This document shows positions 13,756 to 27,892 of a stretch of DNA of 64,000 nt, piece by piece. Under the pieces are notes generated by a model. The model was not told the origin of the DNA, did not search any database, and saw only the letters and a list, made by a program, of their open reading frames with translations. The position numbers and the translations under genes were made by a program. Each line of letters starts with the position of its first letter. The stretch's first letter is position 1. Source of the DNA: Lama glama (lineage: Eukaryota). The stretch spans positions 68,324,001 to 68,388,000 of the forward strand of contig CM052816.1 in NCBI GenBank assembly GCA_028534125.1, written 5' to 3'.

Positions 13756-15007
13756 TCAAGGCATTCCCAAAAGCTAAATGGTCAGGGTCATATACCAAGA
13801 TCGTTTTGTGATTACTATTTTCCTTTTTTTCTGTAATTGATTAGGAGAAGGATAACTAGCAATTTGGGAGTAGTAGTAAGATAAAGGAGCTGGAATAAAC
13901 ATGATTGGTTCCTCCTTTTGGCCTTGTCTTCTGCCCTTCCTTTCACCCCTACACGCTCCTTCTGTACCTGCTGATACCTGGCCCAGGGGGAGGGCTGAAC
14001 CCCACTGGCAGAGACCGATGACCTGGAGCATCCTGAGAACTTCTGATACCTGAGGCCTTTTGACACCAAGGATGTGGACCCCAGCAATAGGGGAGGTCTG
14101 AATGGTTATTACAATGAAGGCCCCTGGCTCCCAGACAGACTTGAAGCCAAAGCTGTGTGACCTCTTATACTAATTGGCTCATGATCAGGTGTTGCTAGAA
14201 ATGACCCGGAAACCTACAGTTTTCATTCCAGTATTAACACTCCCTAAGTGATTAAGGGTAAGACACCTATCTTCCTGGAATCTCAAGTTTCCCCACATAT
14301 ACAATGAGGAAAACATGCTAATCTATGAGAAGTGTTGTGAGACCAACTAACATGCTCTTACATAATGCTAAAAACAAAAAAAGAAAAATGCTCACACCTC
14401 ATCTGTATTCTTTGGATTAGAATATACTGCCATTTTCAACTTCAAAATATTTCTAGACACCTAATTCCACCTTTATAACACCCAGGAATTCTAGAGTTTG
14501 TAATTCTGTAACTATAATACATGTACTATATAATTCAGCCTTCTGCATAACAAGCAGTCCATAAATATCTGTTGACTAAATGATGGATGATTAATCAATT
14601 GATTAAATGAAGTCATTTTCAAAATCAGATACACCACTAATAAATAAAATCACAAGCTGTTATTCTAAATGATTAACTCAGTGGCTATTTCCTAAGCTGA
14701 ATTAATTACCATCGTCTACAACAACCCTGCATTAGAGATATTAGATATGTGAAAAACATAATACATTTCTAAACTGATCTATTTGCTCATGGCTGGGATT
14801 GAGGTAATAGAAACAGAAAAGGTGACAATCATGTAAATGAGACCTGTGCTTCTCGCTATGCTGTGACCAGAAGAATGTAACCCTCAAATTCCCTACTTTG
14901 CTTTACTTTTTCTAGTTTTCCATAGCATTTAGCTCCTTCCAACATAGCCTGTAGCTGACTTATGTCAACCAACTGGCCCTTGGAGCTCACAGCTGTATGG
15001 TGAAATA

Positions 15008-15204
15008 CAGTTGACCCTTGAAAAATGACAGGGTTAAGGATGCCCACCCACCATGCAGTCAAAACCCAAGTATGACTTACAGTCAGCTTTCTGCATCCGA
15101 GGTTCCACATCAACAGATTGAACCAACTGTATATCATATAGTGCTATATTTATTGGGGGGGGAAAGCTTATAAATTCAAACCTGTGTTGTTTGAGAATCA
15201 ACTG
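15008..15204. mobile_element. Tigger-family MITE
   Basis: TA|CAGTTGACCCTTGAA...TTGAGAATCAACTG|TA termini with TA target duplication. Confidence 0.8.
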
Positions 15205-15684
15205 TACCAATTTTCTTCAAATGTCTACATTTGTTTCATATGGTCTCATACGTGGTAATCCAAGAGCCTACTATCATATTACAGGGTCCAGAAAGAAGCT
15301 CATCTAAAAAAAAATGCAGATTTTAGGTAACCACAAATTTAACCTGTATATAATGTGTTTCTGAAAAACCAAAACCAACATTATGTTATGTATCACCTTC
15401 AAGAAGACATGTAATCTAGCTTATAGAAAGCAATGATTTAATGTATTCTGCATTGGTCAGAATGAATTTAGAATATTCTGTGTTCAATTCCAGACAACAT
15501 TATTTTGATGAGACAGAACCAAGATGGAGTGATCTCAAAATAGGCAGTCTGGACAGCAATCTGGACACTGTATCAGGTAAAGAAAAATGGGCCTCAGTGG
15601 AAATTTTCACTTCAGAGACTAAAGTGTTAGGATGGGCATGACTGCTGAGACCTCTGGTACTGAGAAGGCAGTACATTCAGTATG

Positions 15685-16067
15685 TCTTTGTCAGCTCAGG
15701 TTGCTATAACAAAATACTGTAGATTGAGTGGCATAAATGACAAATTTATTTCATGTAGTTTTGGAGGCTAGAAGTTCAAGACCAAGGTGCCAGTCTATTT
15801 GGTTTCTAGTGAGGGCTCTCTTCCTGGCTTGCAGATGTCTGTCTTCTCGCTCACACGGCCCTTTCTCAGTGCTCACAGTGGAGACAGAGAAAGATCTCTT
15901 TCTCCTTCTCTTTGTCTAAGGCCACCAACTCTATCCACCCTATGATGCCACCCTTATCACTTCATTTACTTAATTACCTCCTGAAATCTATATCTCCAAA
16001 TACAGTCACCTTGGGGATTAGGGCTTGAACATACAAATTTGGGGAGAGCACAGTTCAGTCCATAGCA
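15685..16067 (-). mobile_element. MLT1A/MST-like LTR
   Basis: GCTATAACAAAATACTGTAGATTGAGTGGC...GGAGGCTAGAAGTTCAAGACCAAGGTGCCAG...CAGTTCAGTCCATAGCA. Confidence 0.8.
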
Positions 16068-17536
16068 TTGTCTATAGTCCTCTAAAGTAAACTTTTTGGG
16101 AGACATTTTGTAACTCATTGTAAGAAAACTTTCCAGCTAAAGTTGTTCAACAGTGAAACCAGTTGCTGACCGTTTGAGGCTGTGGCCTTCTATCACTGGA
16201 AGCAGTGTCTTAGTTTAAAGAACCCTTCTCTCAGTGATGGGGAGAGGATTCCTGCAATGAATGGCAGTTCAGAAGAATGCTGAGCTCTCTTCAACTCAAA
16301 AATTCTACCATGTTTAAACTTTTTAGATGTTGCTATTCTACTTGGTTCACCCCAAATTGTCCTTCTCTCAAAGGATTGAAACCATATGTGGTTATTTTGG
16401 CATAAGAAGAAAAGTCTAGTAAAAGGCTTAAGACAACAAAATTTAAACAATTTTGGATTAGGTAAAATTTCACAATTATTGTTTTTGCAAAAAGCAATGA
16501 GATGTCCATTAGTCTCATCTAGATTTTTCTTGGGTTTATGATTTTGTGTGGGGTTGGGAGGAAGTGGTTTAAGTAAACTCTTAAACTGCATCCCAAACAC
16601 TGCTTGTTATCAGTTTCTTAAGAAACTCAAGAGGTTTCCATGAGTAAGATTAGAGGTGTCTAATACATAAGATCATTTCAAACCTAGTCTTTGGTAACCT
16701 TTAGGTAGAAAAAGCTAAGGAAAAAAACCCCACTAGATTAAGAAAGAAAAACAAATATTATTTCACTACTTTTCTTCCAGAAATTACATGGCCTCCTACT
16801 ATGACTGCCAGATGTAGTAAATTTTCAGTAAAAACTTTTAGTTCTGGATGAAGCAGAAATACTTGGCAACCAACACTATTACTTCTGAACTCCATTTTAC
16901 TGTGAGCTGTATTATAATCAAAGTTTTAAAAATACAGTATTTTACCTTAATATAAAATATGTTTCATATTTTCATAAAAATTACAAGTCAGTGACCATAA
17001 GACATAAAATTAGTTATTTGCAATTGATGTCTTACTGTGGAGTAAAATTAATTATACTGTTAAGAATGTTAAGTAAAAAGGATATCAAAAGCTGTATTAT
17101 GATAAGTAGAGAATAGTTTCCATACAAATTAAGAGCAATGTTCCTAACACACATCAGTCAGGATCCAATAGTGTAAAATATGTTTGATACTGATGGCTTT
17201 TCTTATCTTTCCCTTTTAGATCCTTGGACACAGGACAAGGAAGAGATCTCCCAACTAGAACACATTTTATTGATGAATTCTAGTTCACGAGCCTGTGTTC
17301 ACTTGCAGAGAAGGGTCTCTGTCTTGAACTAAAACACCTACAGTCAGGTAACCTGCAACTTATATGTGAAAATGACCAGGGCACTTTCAAGAATGAAAGG
17401 GACATAATTCCACTGGCTTAACTGGCATAAACAGGAATTGTGCCAGGCGAACCAGGACATTTGGTGGCCTTATCCATAAGAGACATTGTGATTGATGCTC
17501 CAACCTCCATTCCACCCCACATGGTTATTCTAAGAT

Positions 17537-17716
17537 AGAGGTCCTCAAAGTGTGGTCCCAGACCAGCAGTATTATCATCACATGGTAACTTGTTAGAAAC
17601 ATAAATGCCAATCCTGGACCTACTCTGAGAAACTCTGAGGTAGATCAAGATAGCAATGTGTGTTTTCACAAGCCCTCCAGGTGAGGTGAACGCAGGCTAA
17701 AGTTTGAGACCCACTG
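17537..17716. mobile_element. MER5-type MITE
   Basis: CTCAAAGTGTGGTCCCAGACCAGCAG...AAAGTTTGAGACCCACTG. Confidence 0.8.
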
Positions 17717-18814
17717 GTGTAAGCCAATCATACTATTCCATTTCCTTCATCAGTGATGGGCTTAGGAATGGGCCTAAAGTCAGTCTGAGCCAGTGAAGTA
17801 CAAAGAGGGGCAAGTTTGAGATTTCTGAGAAAGATAAATCAGTCTCTCTTTTGTTGGGTATGAACAAGGGAATATAGCACCTGACTGTGAAAGATAAGGT
17901 TGTGAACTGTAGAGCAGAGACATGAAAAGAACCTGGCACTGTTTGGTTGCTGGATCCACCCATCCAGAAGCCCATACCACCTCTGGACTATGTGAAAGAA
18001 TTAATTTGTGGAAGCCATTTTTGCTTCAGCTGGCTGAAGGCATCCTCACACTCTAGTGCTCATTCCCACTTTTCTTGAACCTACCTTTGCACTCTGACGT
18101 CTCTCACAATGCCATCCTCTCTCACATTTCTCCCTTCAGTCCCCACCGCTTTTCACAGTTAGATCCTACCCCTCCTGACTGCTCCACCCCAAATTGTCTC
18201 CTCTTCAGAATTCACTCGCTTTCTGAGCCACTGTCCTGTTTTCATCATATACTACCTTCTACTGCTTTCTCTTCAGTCTAAGTGCCTCATCACATCTAAG
18301 TCCCTGGCACCTGGCCTTGTCTGCGGCACTCTAGCGATGCTCAGGAAATAGTTCCTGTAGATGGTGATTCCATCGGTCCATGGAGATAGGAGTTGGTCTG
18401 CTGCCAGTTACTGCCACTGTTGGCAACTCTTCCACATCACCAGGTCATGGACATTCCTTGGCTATGAACACCACACCAAACCCTGCCTTAATTATATCTC
18501 TAGTCCTACTGTGGCCTAAAACTGGAATTAGACAACTTCATGACATCTATTAGCTGGGATCTCCAGGAGCAAAAAGGCACAGGTTACCAGATAAATGCTT
18601 GGTCACCCCACAGGACAGGACATTACTGCACTGAGGCAGGTCTACGTGGTGAGTAGAAATTAGAATTTCCAGATCTTCTATAGCACCCAGACCCCTTATC
18701 TGCATTTGCTGTCTTTGGAAATTGAGTATGACCAGTGGGGCTGTGCTTGGTGGCAGGAAGCTAAGGGTGTGAGGAGGTACGTGAGCCAGGGTTTACTCTG
18801 GCTTCTGAGAAGAT

Positions 18815-19050
18815 AGTGTAGCTTAGTGTTTGAGGATGCAGATTTTAGAATCAAACTACGTGAATTTGACTCTTGGTGGAGACTGCTGTCTACTTACAAT
18901 CTTGGGCAAGTTATTTGACTTCTTTGAGTCTCAGTTTCCTCATCTGTAAAATGGGGATCATTTTTTCTGCCATGAGAAATAAGATCATGGTGTAAAATAC
19001 TTGGCATCATGCCTTACACGTAGTAAGTATTTGATAGTAGTTATTGTTAG
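18815..19050 (+). mobile_element. MIR
   Basis: Core CTTGGGCAAGTTATTTGACTTCTTTGAGTCTCAGTTTCCTCATCTGTAAAATGGGGAT. Confidence 0.85.
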
Positions 19051-20389
19051 GGACTCAACCTCTCTGTCACTCAGCACTGGCTTCCCTCCTCCCTGTGGTC
19101 GTGGGAGGTGAAAGGCCTTACACTTCCCTGCTCAAAGGCTGGGCAGGGAATGAATAGCAAAGAGAGGAAACTGGAATCTCAAGGGCAGCTGGAGAGAGCA
19201 GGCTTTGCCCTGGCTTTCTGCCTGCCCGGCAGCTGTGGCTTAGCGTCTGTATGTAAAAACGACCAATATCCTCCCTAGCAAAACACTCCCCGCCCCCTCC
19301 CCCCTCTCCCCACCCCCATTACAGATAATCACACACAAAGCAAGGAAGTTCTGAGGTTGATGTTAACTCCTTACATCTCCCTAGCACTTTTCGTTTCAGA
19401 AAGCCCTCTCCCTTCGGTTCTCTCATTTGGCCCTCATACCATCCTTGAGCAGTGCCCAGGGGCAGCCTTCAAGAGTCCCCTGTTGCCCATTAGGAAAGTG
19501 AAATTCAGAGTGATTATGTGACTTGCCAAAGGCTGCGTGGTCAGGAAGTTACAGAGCCAGGACTCAGAGATGTTCTGACTCCCACTTAGTTATCTGCCCA
19601 TCCCCCTCACAGCCCATCTGCCCTGCACATGGAATGAGGTTTTCCAAAGGAAGGCACAATGTGTAAGTTCTACATAGAAGATAATTTCAGCCAATTGCAG
19701 AATAGCAGAAGACTTGTCACCTCCCTCTCCGGGATCCTTTGCTTAATGTTCGAATTTTGTGTATGTTTCCCAGTGAAATGAGGGGACAGGTCTGTCTGTC
19801 AGCTAGTTATGCAGAAAGTCTTTATTGTCATGTCTTAACCCTAAGCAGTAACCAAATCCTGTTTAACTTGAGTGTGTGCCCAAAGCTCTACTTATGTTTA
19901 TTCAAACCAAAGGTGCCATATTAGACTGTATATAATGATTCTTTTCCTTCCCTTCACATTCAAAGAAGGAACCTGAAGTGTTTGGAAAGAGTTGAAGAGC
20001 GGGGGTCATAGCAGTGTGAATTCACTGTAAAAAGGAAGATTCTAAACACTTACTTGAAGTAGAGAATCTTAACAGTATGAATTGTGTTAAGCAAGCAACT
20101 CTGGCCTAGGACAACTAATTCTTGTGCAGAAGTTTTGTTTTCAAATTGGCCAGGAACTAAAGATGTGGCCATCAATGAAACATCATTCTGTCTGAGTCAT
20201 CCATGCTCACTAGCTGTATGTAAGTGGTAGAAAGAGCCTGGGCTTCAGTGACTTACAGACCTGGCTTAGAATCCTGGCTCTGACATTTACCAGATCTGTC
20301 ACCTTGAGTGAGTTCCACAGCCTCTCTGGGCTTTGAGTTCATCTGTAAAATGGGAGACTAGTACCAACTTTCCAGATTGATTTTATTTC

Positions 20390-20891
20390 AGTCGACACCA
20401 CCACACAATGTGAGAGTTGTGGGTTTTTTATTTGGGACAAAATAAGGACTATAGCCTGGGAGACAGCATCCCAGAAAACTCTGAGAAACTGTTCCAAGGA
20501 GGCAGGGGGAACACTCAGTATTATGTATGATTTCAGTGAAGGGGAGGTATGTGCAGTCAAGCACACATTTAGGCAGAGGCTTGCTGCTAGTCATGAGGAG
20601 CAGATGTTACCCGTAATGATTTTAGTGCTTTTCTAAATATGAGGAGATGCAAGAATTGGGATCATAAAATCTACTCCTGAAAATATCTAGCTATCTGAAG
20701 GCCTGTTCAGCCAGTTTTCCCAGAGCACAGAGTGCCTCATTCCTGACCTCCAGCCTGAACTCCTTTCAGGGTGTGTCAGAAGTCAGGGGCTGCAGCAGCT
20801 CGTGATTTAACCCACGCAGAGGTAGATGGCAAGTGCCAACATGATCCAGTCCTTGTAGAGGCAGATGGCAAGTGCCAGTTTTTAGTTAGCA
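20390..20891 (-). mobile_element. Solo ERV LTR inserted in a MIR
   Basis: LTR-like sequence with TTTATT near the left end and CA at the right end; MIR halves on both sides. Confidence 0.7.
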
Positions 20892-23119
20892 GTGGGAAGA
20901 TTGAGGTATCTTACCTAAGTAGACTACCTGGCAGATAATGCATGATTAGTAAATGGATGTAACTTCTTATCCTAAGAAAGCTTTACAAGATTAACAGGAA
21001 TTATACTGTGGCAATGTTTTCTAAAGAATATTCTTACAGGTAATACAATTTAATGATATCAGAAAAATGACCAAAATCCACTGGTAATTCTCAGCCTAAA
21101 AATCCCTTTCTGGCTTCTATCAGACTCAGCCAGTTACTCAAAAACCTTGATTATTTGCAGACAGAAGATTCTGTATCTCCATGTAAGGGGGTCACTTGAG
21201 GGTTTAACATCTGATCTAAGCTGCTCCAAGTCACTCAGTCCTGTGTCACACTTACTTGGGACAGTGGAAAGAGCCTGGGACTATGGACTGTCATCTCAAT
21301 TATTCCATTAACTATTTGTTTGAACTGGGACTAATTGGAACCAGAGGAAGGCCCAATTTTCTCATCTGTAAAATAAGAAGTTTGGATGTACAGTCAAATT
21401 TCTGGAGTCTCTACCAATTCTCAAAAGCTATGATTCTAAAATCTGGAAAGAATCCTGCCTTGACTGGTGAATGGTTACTAAGAACTAGAAAGGTGAAAGA
21501 AAATCTTCCCTGTCATTACCACGGGCACCAACTAAACAAACTGCAGTGTGTATGTGTGTGTAAAATAGGGGTCTGACATTTGAGACCCTAAGCCACAGAT
21601 CTCTACTAAGCTATCACAGTTTACTAGTCAGTCTGTAAGTCTTTGCATGATTAAACGTAATAGTAATAATAATCATATGATGATAACGTGCCTCAACATT
21701 TGTAAAGTATTTTTCCACATAAATCAACTTTACATATACTTTCTTATTTAGATTTCATAGTAACTTGTTGAAAGAGATTATATTCCCATTTTACAGATGA
21801 GGAAATGGAGGTTCAGATGAGACAAGTAACCTGCCTAAAGTTACTAGTGCTGATAAGTGCAGAGCCATCTGGTCTTCTGTCTCCTTGTCCAGTGATTCCT
21901 CTCGGACCCAATGTCATCAACACCAAATCATTACCAGTTGCCCATCAGGTAAAAGGTGTTTGCCTGGCTCTGTTCACCCAACTGGTTGCTTCCACCAAGG
22001 CCCAGCAGAACAGAAATCAGAGCCAACAGCTACCTACCCTGTGGTCATTGCCTCACACCCTCACACATAATGTGATCACTGTGAACTTAGAGACTAACAC
22101 ACAAAAGGCCAAGTCATCTGAGAGCACAAAAGAGCAATTAATAATTCTCTATTTGTTTGGTTCCTTCTCTTACAGAATGTTAGCTTTATAAATGCTATCA
22201 TATCATTTCCCCCAAGGCAGTTTTAATGATGTGACCTGTTTTCTTATGTGTGAAAGGCTCAAGAAGAGTATTGGATCCCATTACTTGCCTCAAAAAAGAA
22301 AATATTTTGTTTGGCACACTGTTGACTGTTAATCCACAAATTTAACCTGACTATTCTGCTTATAAGCACAAATGAGTTTGGACTCACAAATTCAGGGTCT
22401 AAAATGTCCTGGCCAAATCTTAAAGAAATTGGCCCTCTTACAAGTGAAAATTCCAACTAAAATGAAAAACACCTCACACAGAGGTGATACTGTGTCTTCA
22501 GAGACTGATGCTAGGGCCACTCTGAAGGTTTTCAGAGTCATACAATGGCAGCTCCCTCCACTGTGATCTGCCATAATTCTAATTTCTGCCCACTGTTGGC
22601 TCTTTTAACCTGAGCTAGAAAGTGTCTCAGGCCATGAAGCAGTATATGTTGGTGTCTACAGATTTTCTTTCGGAGGACAATGGGATAAGGCAAAGTAGGC
22701 CAAAAGCTGCTGGGAAGTGTGAGCCTACGTTACCGTCCTCTCCCCTCACAAACCAAACCCGAAAGCCATGCAGAGGGGTTGAGGCTTGGCTGTAGGAGAG
22801 ACAAGAGTAGCGTGGAGCAGCCAGGCATCTGGCAGCCACCTCCTTCCAAGACCACACCCAGGCTAATTTGAAGTTGTACCCTCCAGCTACGCCTACTGTC
22901 AATATCTCTGTGGAATCTATTGGAAGAGTTCACTGGACTAATAAAAGCATTATGAGCGTAGTCAGTAAAAAGAGCTTTTAACAAATTGCTTATGCCATAA
23001 TGGTCGATGAAGCACATGTAAGTCAAAAATATTCTTAGAAAATAAGATTTGAAGGAAATACACCAAAATATGAATACATCCAGGCCGTAGGAGCTGGGTG
23101 CCATGGGTAACTGCCATTT

Positions 23120-23610
23120 CCTGCCCAGAATGCATTCTCCCTTCAGGGACTAACCCCCTGTATTGGCTTTGTGGAGCCACCCTCTCATTCTCAGACATGT
23201 GTCTTGGGTGAACTACAGAGGTGGGACCCAATGAACTGAATCGAATCATTGTATCTCACTCTTGGCCATGATTCATGCATGGACATGTAACCTAATTAGA
23301 GCCAATGAGACATGAGGAGATGTTAACTAGAGCTTTGGGGAAAGGCAAGCTTTCACTCTTCTATTAAAATGGTGCAGTAATGGTAAGTTTCAAATTTCTC
23401 TAAGTATTTTGTCACCATAGAGTGAAAACACGGTAATGACTCAGGCGACCACTGAGTGGACAGACTGTGGAAGCAGCAGAGAGAGAGGAGACAGATCCTT
23501 GGTCGCATCATTTGAGCCATTGGATCAAAGTCTTCCTGGAGCCTCTGAACTTCTCAGAAGTGGTACTGGGTTATTTTGTCACTTGTAGTATAAGAAGCTC
23601 TAGCCGATAT
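23120..23610 (+). mobile_element. Old MLT1 LTR remnant
   Basis: GGACATGTAACCTAATTAGAGCCAATGAGA and TGGGTTATTTTGTCACTTGTA motifs. Confidence 0.6.
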
Positions 23611-23689
23611 AGAAATTGATACTGACTATATGTATTTTAAACTATAAAAATAACTTTATACACTGTAATTTATAAATAGCTGTTCCCAA

Positions 23690-23912
23690 ATGGTTTAAGA
23701 GCACAGTCTCAGGATTCAAATCCCAGAATCTCCATTTAGTAGCAGTGAGACCTTGGAAAAACTGCTACTCCATCCTGAGACTCAGTTTTCCCATCTCTAA
23801 AAAAGGGATAATAATACCTATTCCATAGGACTGTTGTGAGAATTGATAACTAAGACAGAAAGCACTGAGAAAAATGTCTGGCGCATATTAAATACTAAGT
23901 GTTTGTTATTGT
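23690..23912 (+). mobile_element. MIR
   Basis: Core CTCAGTTTTCCCATCTCTAAAAAAGGGATAATAATACCTA. Confidence 0.8.
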
Positions 23913-26344
23913 CACTCTAGTTTTCACACAGAGTAATCCTTACTCACAGAGATTACTGCCCTGACACCCCTGATTAGAGGGAGCAACATGACAAAGTTTG
24001 TGGGTAGAAAAGATTTCACTCCAAAGTCTCTCTCATTTTATTTTGACAAGCTCAGAATAATGAAAATCATTAGAAGGTGTTTGTGAGACATGAGGTGAGG
24101 TGACAATGTGGCATCATGGAAGAACATGATTTTGAGAGCAATAAAGTCCCCTTGAACAACTTTCTAGCTGTATAGCCTTGGCCAGTGGTTTAAACCTGCA
24201 GAGCTTTTGCTTCCCCATATATAAAGTGGGAATGACAACACTTTCCACATTGCAAAGATTTACTTGGATATAAAATACCTAGAAGAGTGAGTTCCTGTCA
24301 CATACTTGTTATTCAGGCATTGAAAATTTGTCTCTGATCAGTTAGAGAAAGCAGCATAACATATTCCTACTTGGAAAAAAATCACTTTATCTTTTTTTTT
24401 TCCAATCAAAGCTACAGTCTAAATGGTTTAGAATAGTTTTCTGCATTTGAGGTTGGATTATTTAGCCCAGTTCTACCTAGACTCTATAGAGAGATTTAAA
24501 GATACACTTGGTTTCCTTTCCATCTCCTACCATTATTGGTAAACACAGAGAGCTATTGCTCATTCTTTCATTTCTTGTTCTGCCTTCATGCATGCAGCAT
24601 ACGGGAAAAACATTCATGATAATGATGTTAAAGAGGCAAGAGGGTGTAGGAGAGGAATGCACGAAGAGACAGCCCAAGGGGGAGAGCTGTGTAGCAGTGA
24701 CCCTCTCCCACACCTCCACAAGGCAGAGCTGAGCTAGCCACCAAAAGAAGTTCCCTTTATTTACCGCAATAAAGAGTATGGGCTACCTTGAATGTCACTG
24801 GGAAATTTTCTACATGACCTCTGAGGCTCAGTTCCCAAGTCAGTCAACCCCTGGTAAAATACCTAGCTCTAAGCTTTGGCCCCAGATACTTGAAAGCAAG
24901 TTTTCATCAAGTTGATCTCTCTCCTCTTCTCATTACCCACACAGCGGGAATCAGATTAAAGAAGCAGACACTCTTCATTCTAATTTGGGGTTTCTTACCT
25001 ATGACTGTGTTGTGAGAAGAGGGAGCATAGATTTAGAAGAACTAATAAGTTTATTCTGGTATGTCAAGACATTTTAGTAAAGTATTCATTCTAAATTACG
25101 CTTTTTCTTCCTGAAATCTCCATTTACTAACTTTCCCGCAGTGCTTTAGAAAAATTAGCACATCATTAGCAGAGAATAAAGGCGTCAAACTCTTGACTTC
25201 CAAGTTCAGAAGCCTTAGTCCAGGTATAAGACGGAAAGATTTGCGAATCGTGTGTGCTGCCCCTTCTACTAACGTCAGTCTCCCACCCACCCCCACCTCA
25301 GACTAGATAAAGACTTTCCAAGTTAGGGAACACAAAACTGGAGAAATGAGTGTAAGCAAGAGAGCTAGAGGTACTGGAGAAGTAAGAAAGGGTCCTCCAC
25401 CTGCCCCTTACCGTGAGGTTAGCTCCAAGGTTGGGAGAGATGATGAAGGCTCATGATGATGTTGGGGGCCTATTACCACATGAAATCCTGGGAGGCAGCA
25501 GCCTAGCAGATGTTTCCTAGTCCACAATATTGTGACAGGCATAAATTAAAGATGGCTACACAGAGTGCCGTAGGTAAGGGAAGCCTGAGGCTGCTCCTCT
25601 GAATCTCTAGTAGCCCCAGAGAGACAGAGGCAAAGAGCTCAATTGCCCCTCTGCCCCCAAGGGCACAGAAATTAGCTGACAAAGGGCCCAAGGGGCTATA
25701 CAGTCATGATGATGAGTCACAAAAATGGAAAGTGGCATGGAATGTACATCCAGAGTCCAGGTGGGTCAAAGACGTCTCTACAGGTGCTAATGTAGGGGTG
25801 ATGACACCTAAGAGCCACATAGGGCTATTGTTCACCTCAGCAGAAGCCAGGGTATGTCAAGACTGAGGACAGACACCCTCTCCTCCTGATCCAGAAGTTA
25901 GCTCACTCTGGAAAAACAGAGGTAGAGGAGATCATCTGGAATCATCTGCATTCTTCTGCTGTGAGTTTCTCAGGGCCTAGAATAGGGAGAAGTCAGAAAA
26001 GACTTCTGGAGGGAGGACATAATTCCTAAAATATTGAAAGAAAGTGATCAAGTTAGATGAAGGCAACGATAGGCCAAGGGAACAGCATAAGTTCTCTTTC
26101 CTTGGCACAGAAGCAGGAAACAGTTTCCTGGAGGCTGGCCCAGGAAACATTAGCAAATTGGTAATGTGACAGCCAGGAGTTAGAGGTTATATTAGAGATA
26201 AGCCTGGAGAAGTGAGTAGAGGTCAGGTGAAGGAGGACTTTAATGAGATTCAAAGGGGGCTAAGGTGATGGGAAGGCATTGACAGACCTTTAAAGAGAGA
26301 GCTGGTCAGATTTTCAGCATTGTGCATGATGGATTTGAGGGTCT

Positions 26345-26838
26345 CATTCTGGTTATTTATTGCTCCCTAACAAAACTTAGTGACTTAAAACAACATTTTA
26401 CTATATCTCACAATTCTGTGGGTCAGGAATTTGAAAAGGGCTCAGCTAGGCAATTCTTTGGCTCTTATGTGGCCCTGACTGACATCACATAGTATTCACC
26501 TGGCAGCTGATCTGGTCTGAAAGTTCTAAGATGGTTTTATTGCCATGCCGGGTACCTGGATAGCTGGGCCACTGTTCTTCTCCATGTCATCTCAGCCCTC
26601 TCTATATGGTCTCACAAGGTAACTGGACTTCTTACATGATGACTCAGGACTTCCAGAAGCCAAGGTGAGAGCTCCTCTTAAAGGGTGGCCCCTCAACTGG
26701 CATAGAGTCACTTTTTCCGTACTCTACTGAATAATCAGGGCACTACTGAAGCCTACCCAAATTAAAGAGGAGGAGAAACAGACTTCATCTTCCACAGGAG
26801 AGTATTAAAGAACTTGTGGCCGTTTTTAACCCACCACA
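26345..26838 (-). mobile_element. MLT1 LTR
   Basis: AAAACTTAGTGACTTAAAACAACA...TCTCACAATTCTGTGGGTCAGGAATTTG...TTTTAACCCACCACA. Confidence 0.8.
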
Positions 26839-26958
26839 AGGTATGAGGATGTGAGACTGGAGGTAGAGGGAAGTACCCCAGTTCCTGAGGTATTCATGCA
26901 GGAGCACTTTCAGAATGCCCTTACATAGAATAGTCTATGATACTGTTTTAATTGCTGG

Positions 26959-26960
<2 letters not shown>

Positions 26961-27006
<46 letters not shown>
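26961..27006. repeat. (TC)n microsatellite with one interruption
   Basis: Seen directly. Confidence 0.97.
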
Positions 27007-27301
27007 AATAGACTTTGAGGGTCAAGAACAACATGTGAGTCTTGTTTAGATTCATATCTCATTGCCTGGCATACAGTTGATGGTCAATAAATGTCTATGG
27101 AATAAATAAATTGAATAAATTGGAACGGTTGGGATCCCCTTAATTCCTGGATCTTTAGGACACCAGAACAGCCTCCTGTTTGATAAAATTTCCTTCGCCA
27201 GATACAGATCATCTTTTTGACTTAAGAAATGCTTGATTTGAATATGTAAAAATAACACTTATTATAAACATTTATGTGAATAGCTTTCAACTTTTGCCTG
27301 C

Positions 27302-27892
27302 TGTATTAGTTTTCTATGCTGCATAACAAACTACTACAAACTCAGCATCTTAAAACAACACACATGTACTATCTCACAGTTTCTATGGGTTAGGATTCTG
27401 AGCACAGCTTGACTGAATTCTCTGCTTTGGGTCTCACAAGGCTGCAGTCAAGTTGTTGGCTGGGGATGCTGTCTCATTTGAGGTTTGACTGGGGCAGGAT
27501 CTGCTTTTGCTGGCATAATTCAGCTTCTTGAGGTTGTGAGACTGAAGGGTTCAGTTTTGTGCTAGCTGTTGACAAGAGGCCACCTTCTGTTCCTTGACAC
27601 ATCGACCTTAACACATACACATCTCCGTATAGTAGCTTGCTTCAACAAAGCCAGCAAGAGAGAGAGAAAAAGTCTTCTCACAAGACAAGCATTAAAATCT
27701 CATGTAACACAGAGGCTACAACATGTGAAAGGTGATTTTTCAAAGCCACAATGGAGAGACACTAGCAAGATAGGACTATAACCTTATGTAACATAGTCAC
27801 ACACATCCCTTCACACTTATGGGGAAGAAATCACATGAAGAACACTGGGAAGTCAGAGGTCACAGAGTTCACATTAGGGGTCTATCTACCAT
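27302..27892 (-). mobile_element. MLT1 LTR
   Basis: TGTATTAGTTTTCTATGCTGCATAACAAACTACTACAAACTCAGC...TCTATCTACCA. Confidence 0.8.

Noticed and set aside
1679-14280. Isolated GAS-like TTCCNGGAA sites at 1679 and 14272
   Set aside because: Isolated sites far from the promoter, at about chance frequency.
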